Source: a bacterium
GTDB taxonomy: Bacteria > Patescibacteriota > Patescibacteriia > Patescibacteriales > GWE2-39-37
Assembly (NCBI GenBank): GCA_037146995.1
Contig: JBAWWA010000002.1
Span: 1,955 to 65,954 of the forward strand
Reading direction: 5' to 3'
DNA: 64,000 nucleotides
Part shown: positions 62,290 to 64,000 of the stretch, piece by piece
How the letters are laid out: each line of letters starts with the position of its first letter
Numbering within the stretch: the stretch's first letter is position 1
Position numbers and translations under genes: made by a program
Notes under the pieces: model-generated
Databases searched by the model: none
Told to the model about the DNA's origin: nothing
The model's input: only the letters and a program-made list of their open reading frames with translations

Positions 62290-64000
62290 AAAGCGATACT
62301 TAAAGCAACAATTAAGGTTGCCAATAACAAAAGTAAATAATACTGAATCCTGCCGCTTTGGATTAATTTAACTCTAAGCGATAAAAAATTCATAAATTTC
62401 TCAATGGGCAGATACACGCTACTCTTCCAGGCAGAACTAATTAAAAGCGAAAATGAATAATTACGAATCCAGGGATTAGTGACCACAACTGGCTCGCTAG
62501 TAATTAATTTGTTTCTGCCAATTAAATTGAGGAAAAAAAATCTGATCGGCGCCGAAAAAGCGGCTGCTGTATATTCCATAGTTGAATTTATCGGCTGTCC
62601 GCAATCCCAGGTATGATATGAACGCTCTTTTTTATTTAGCGCAAAGAAGTAATTCAAAAGATAGGCAAATAGTAAAAAACCTAAAACGACGGACAATAGT
62701 TGCATAGATGATATAGAGCCAATGGCATTTTCCGTAATCAATTCAGAACTATTTAATACATTGGAAATAATGCTAATAAAATAATTTGCAAAAATACCAA
62801 TACTTAAAACACCAAGTGCTAATCCGGCAATCGGCCAAACTAAAAGTCCATCACCTAACTCAGACTTTATTTCATGCTCACGATACCTTGGCAAGCCCAG
62901 CATAGAAATAGCAAAAATCTTGATCATCGCAAAAACAGCTAAACCCCCGATCAAACCGATTACTGATAAAATTAGAACCACAATTGGCAATAGCATGCCA
63001 CCGGCTTGAGACATTAAACTAATAGCCACATGAATCAAGCCCCATTCGCCATAAAAAGTACCGAACGGCGGAATTGGTAACGAACCCATAATAACCAGTA
63101 AAAAGAAAAAAGAAAATAAAGGTAAAGACTTCGCAAAGCCACCCATAAGCTCTAGACTGCGAGAATGGACACGACTAATGACTAAACCACTCGAAAGGAA
63201 TAGGGCCGTCTTAAAGAAGGCATGACTCAAACTATGAATGATAGCAAAAACAATCAAGGGAATAAAATATCTCATTAAATTTGAATGAGCATAGTTTGCT
63301 GTAATATAAATTGCCAAGCCAATAACAGAAAATATAATTCCCATATTTTCAATACTGCTATAGGCAAAAGCCTTTTTCATGTCAGTTTCAATTGCCGCAT
63401 AAAGTGCGCCGACAACACCGGACACAAGCCCAAGAATGATCACCAAGGTGCCAGCCCAGGTTGGCATGTAGGCAAAATTCAAGACCACCATCAAGAAACC
63501 ATAAATCGCCACTTTTAACATCAAGCCAGACATAAGAGCGGAAATATTGCTTGGAGCCTGTGGATGTGCTTCTGGCAACCAAACATGGAGTGGAACAAGT
63601 CCAGCCTTTGAACCAAATCCAAATAAAAACAAACAAAAGGCAGCAGTAGCCAAAGTTGGCGTCAACTGCTGTGTCACTTCTTGAATCATTGATAAATCAA
63701 AAAACAAGGAGCCATTTCCCAATATTAAAAAACCACCTAATATCGCCGAAGCTCCGAGGTGGGTCATAATGAAATACAAGAATGCTGCGTTGAAAGACTC
63801 TTTAGTCTTGTCTGACAATACCAAAAAGAAAGAACTTAGAGACATTACCTCCCAAAAAAACAAGAAAGTAAATGAGTTGTTGGCAAGCAATACTGCCTGC
63901 ATACCAAAAACAAACAATCCCATTAAAAATTGGGTTGTGTATTTGTTATAAGTTTTTTGATACAGATCAAGATATCTAACACTATAAACGCCAACCAAAG
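62286..64000 (-). CDS. NuoL/MrpA/HycC-family antiporter-like subunit (N-terminus lies beyond window end)
   Basis: Hallmark GLVPLHVWLPEAHPQAPSNISAL. ATGA overlap with the next gene. ORF runs to the window edge. Confidence 0.8.
   Translation of the reverse strand, partial: LVGVYSVRYLDLYQKTYNKYTTQFLMGLFVFGMQAVLLANNSFTFLFFWEVMSLSSFFLVLSDKTKESFNAAFLYFIMTHLGASAILGGFLILGNGSLFFDLSMIQEVTQQLTPTLATAAFCLFLFGFGSKAGLVPLHVWLPEAHPQAPSNISALMSGLMLKVAIYGFLMVVLNFAYMPTWAGTLVIILGLVSGVVGALYAAIETDMKKAFAYSSIENMGIIFSVIGLAIYITANYAHSNLMRYFIPLIVFAIIHSLSHAFFKTALFLSSGLVISRVHSRSLELMGGFAKSLPLFSFFFLLVIMGSLPIPPFGTFYGEWGLIHVAISLMSQAGGMLLPIVVLILSVIGLIGGLAVFAMIKIFAISMLGLPRYREHEIKSELGDGLLVWPIAGLALGVLSIGIFANYFISIISNVLNSSELITENAIGSISSMQLLSVVLGFLLFAYLLNYFFALNKKERSYHTWDCGQPINSTMEYTAAAFSAPIRFFFLNLIGRNKLITSEPVVVTNPWIRNYSFSLLISSAWKSSVYLPIEKFMNFLSLRVKLIQSGRIQYYLLLLLATLIVALSIAL

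Overview
AT-rich bacterial chromosomal window (about 35-38% GC by eye) with mostly TAA stops and at least one TGA stop (standard code 11). The gene content, truncated domain architectures and many small proteins suggest a small-genome uncultivated lineage, possibly CPR/Patescibacteria-like; this is tentative. Housekeeping genes dominate: gatCA, ligA, radA, dnaB, ybaB, recR, rplU, the secE-nusG-rplK-rplA cluster, gatB, miaA-miaB-thrS, dnaE, parAB, groESL with a perfect CIRCE operator, and three tRNAs (Ser-GGA, Lys-TTT, Leu-CAA). Four accessory-like regions stand out. (1) A minus-strand type IV pilus locus: pilM, a PilB/PilT-like protein with destroyed ATPase motifs, a REC-only response regulator, a pilin, a Wzy_C/O-antigen-ligase protein with TPR repeats, and the prepilin peptidase. 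(2) A pyrimidine deoxynucleotide island: dCMP deaminase, two paralogous P-loop kinases, a Tmk-dUTPase fusion, and a tandem-duplicated ThyX with a degenerate RHR motif. (3) A membrane-anchored Clp-type AAA+ protein with an N-terminal DnaJ-like zinc ribbon and a dead D1 ring. (4) The most unusual: at the 3' end of the window, a complex-I / group-4-hydrogenase-like operon whose HycE-like large subunit has lost all four [NiFe]-ligating cysteines. It runs NuoL-like, then NuoH-like with a C-terminal membrane extension, then NuoN-like, then the fused NuoC-NuoD large subunit. No small-subunit (NuoB) or ferredoxin gene lies at the usual downstream position. Beyond a terminator and a strongly promoted 27-aa hydrophobic peptide gene on the opposite strand, it is followed by a gamma-carbonic-anhydrase-like hexapeptide-repeat protein. 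This is a candidate energy-converting hydrogenase-related (Ehr-like) or vectorial CO2-hydration module. Its upstream end lies outside the window.
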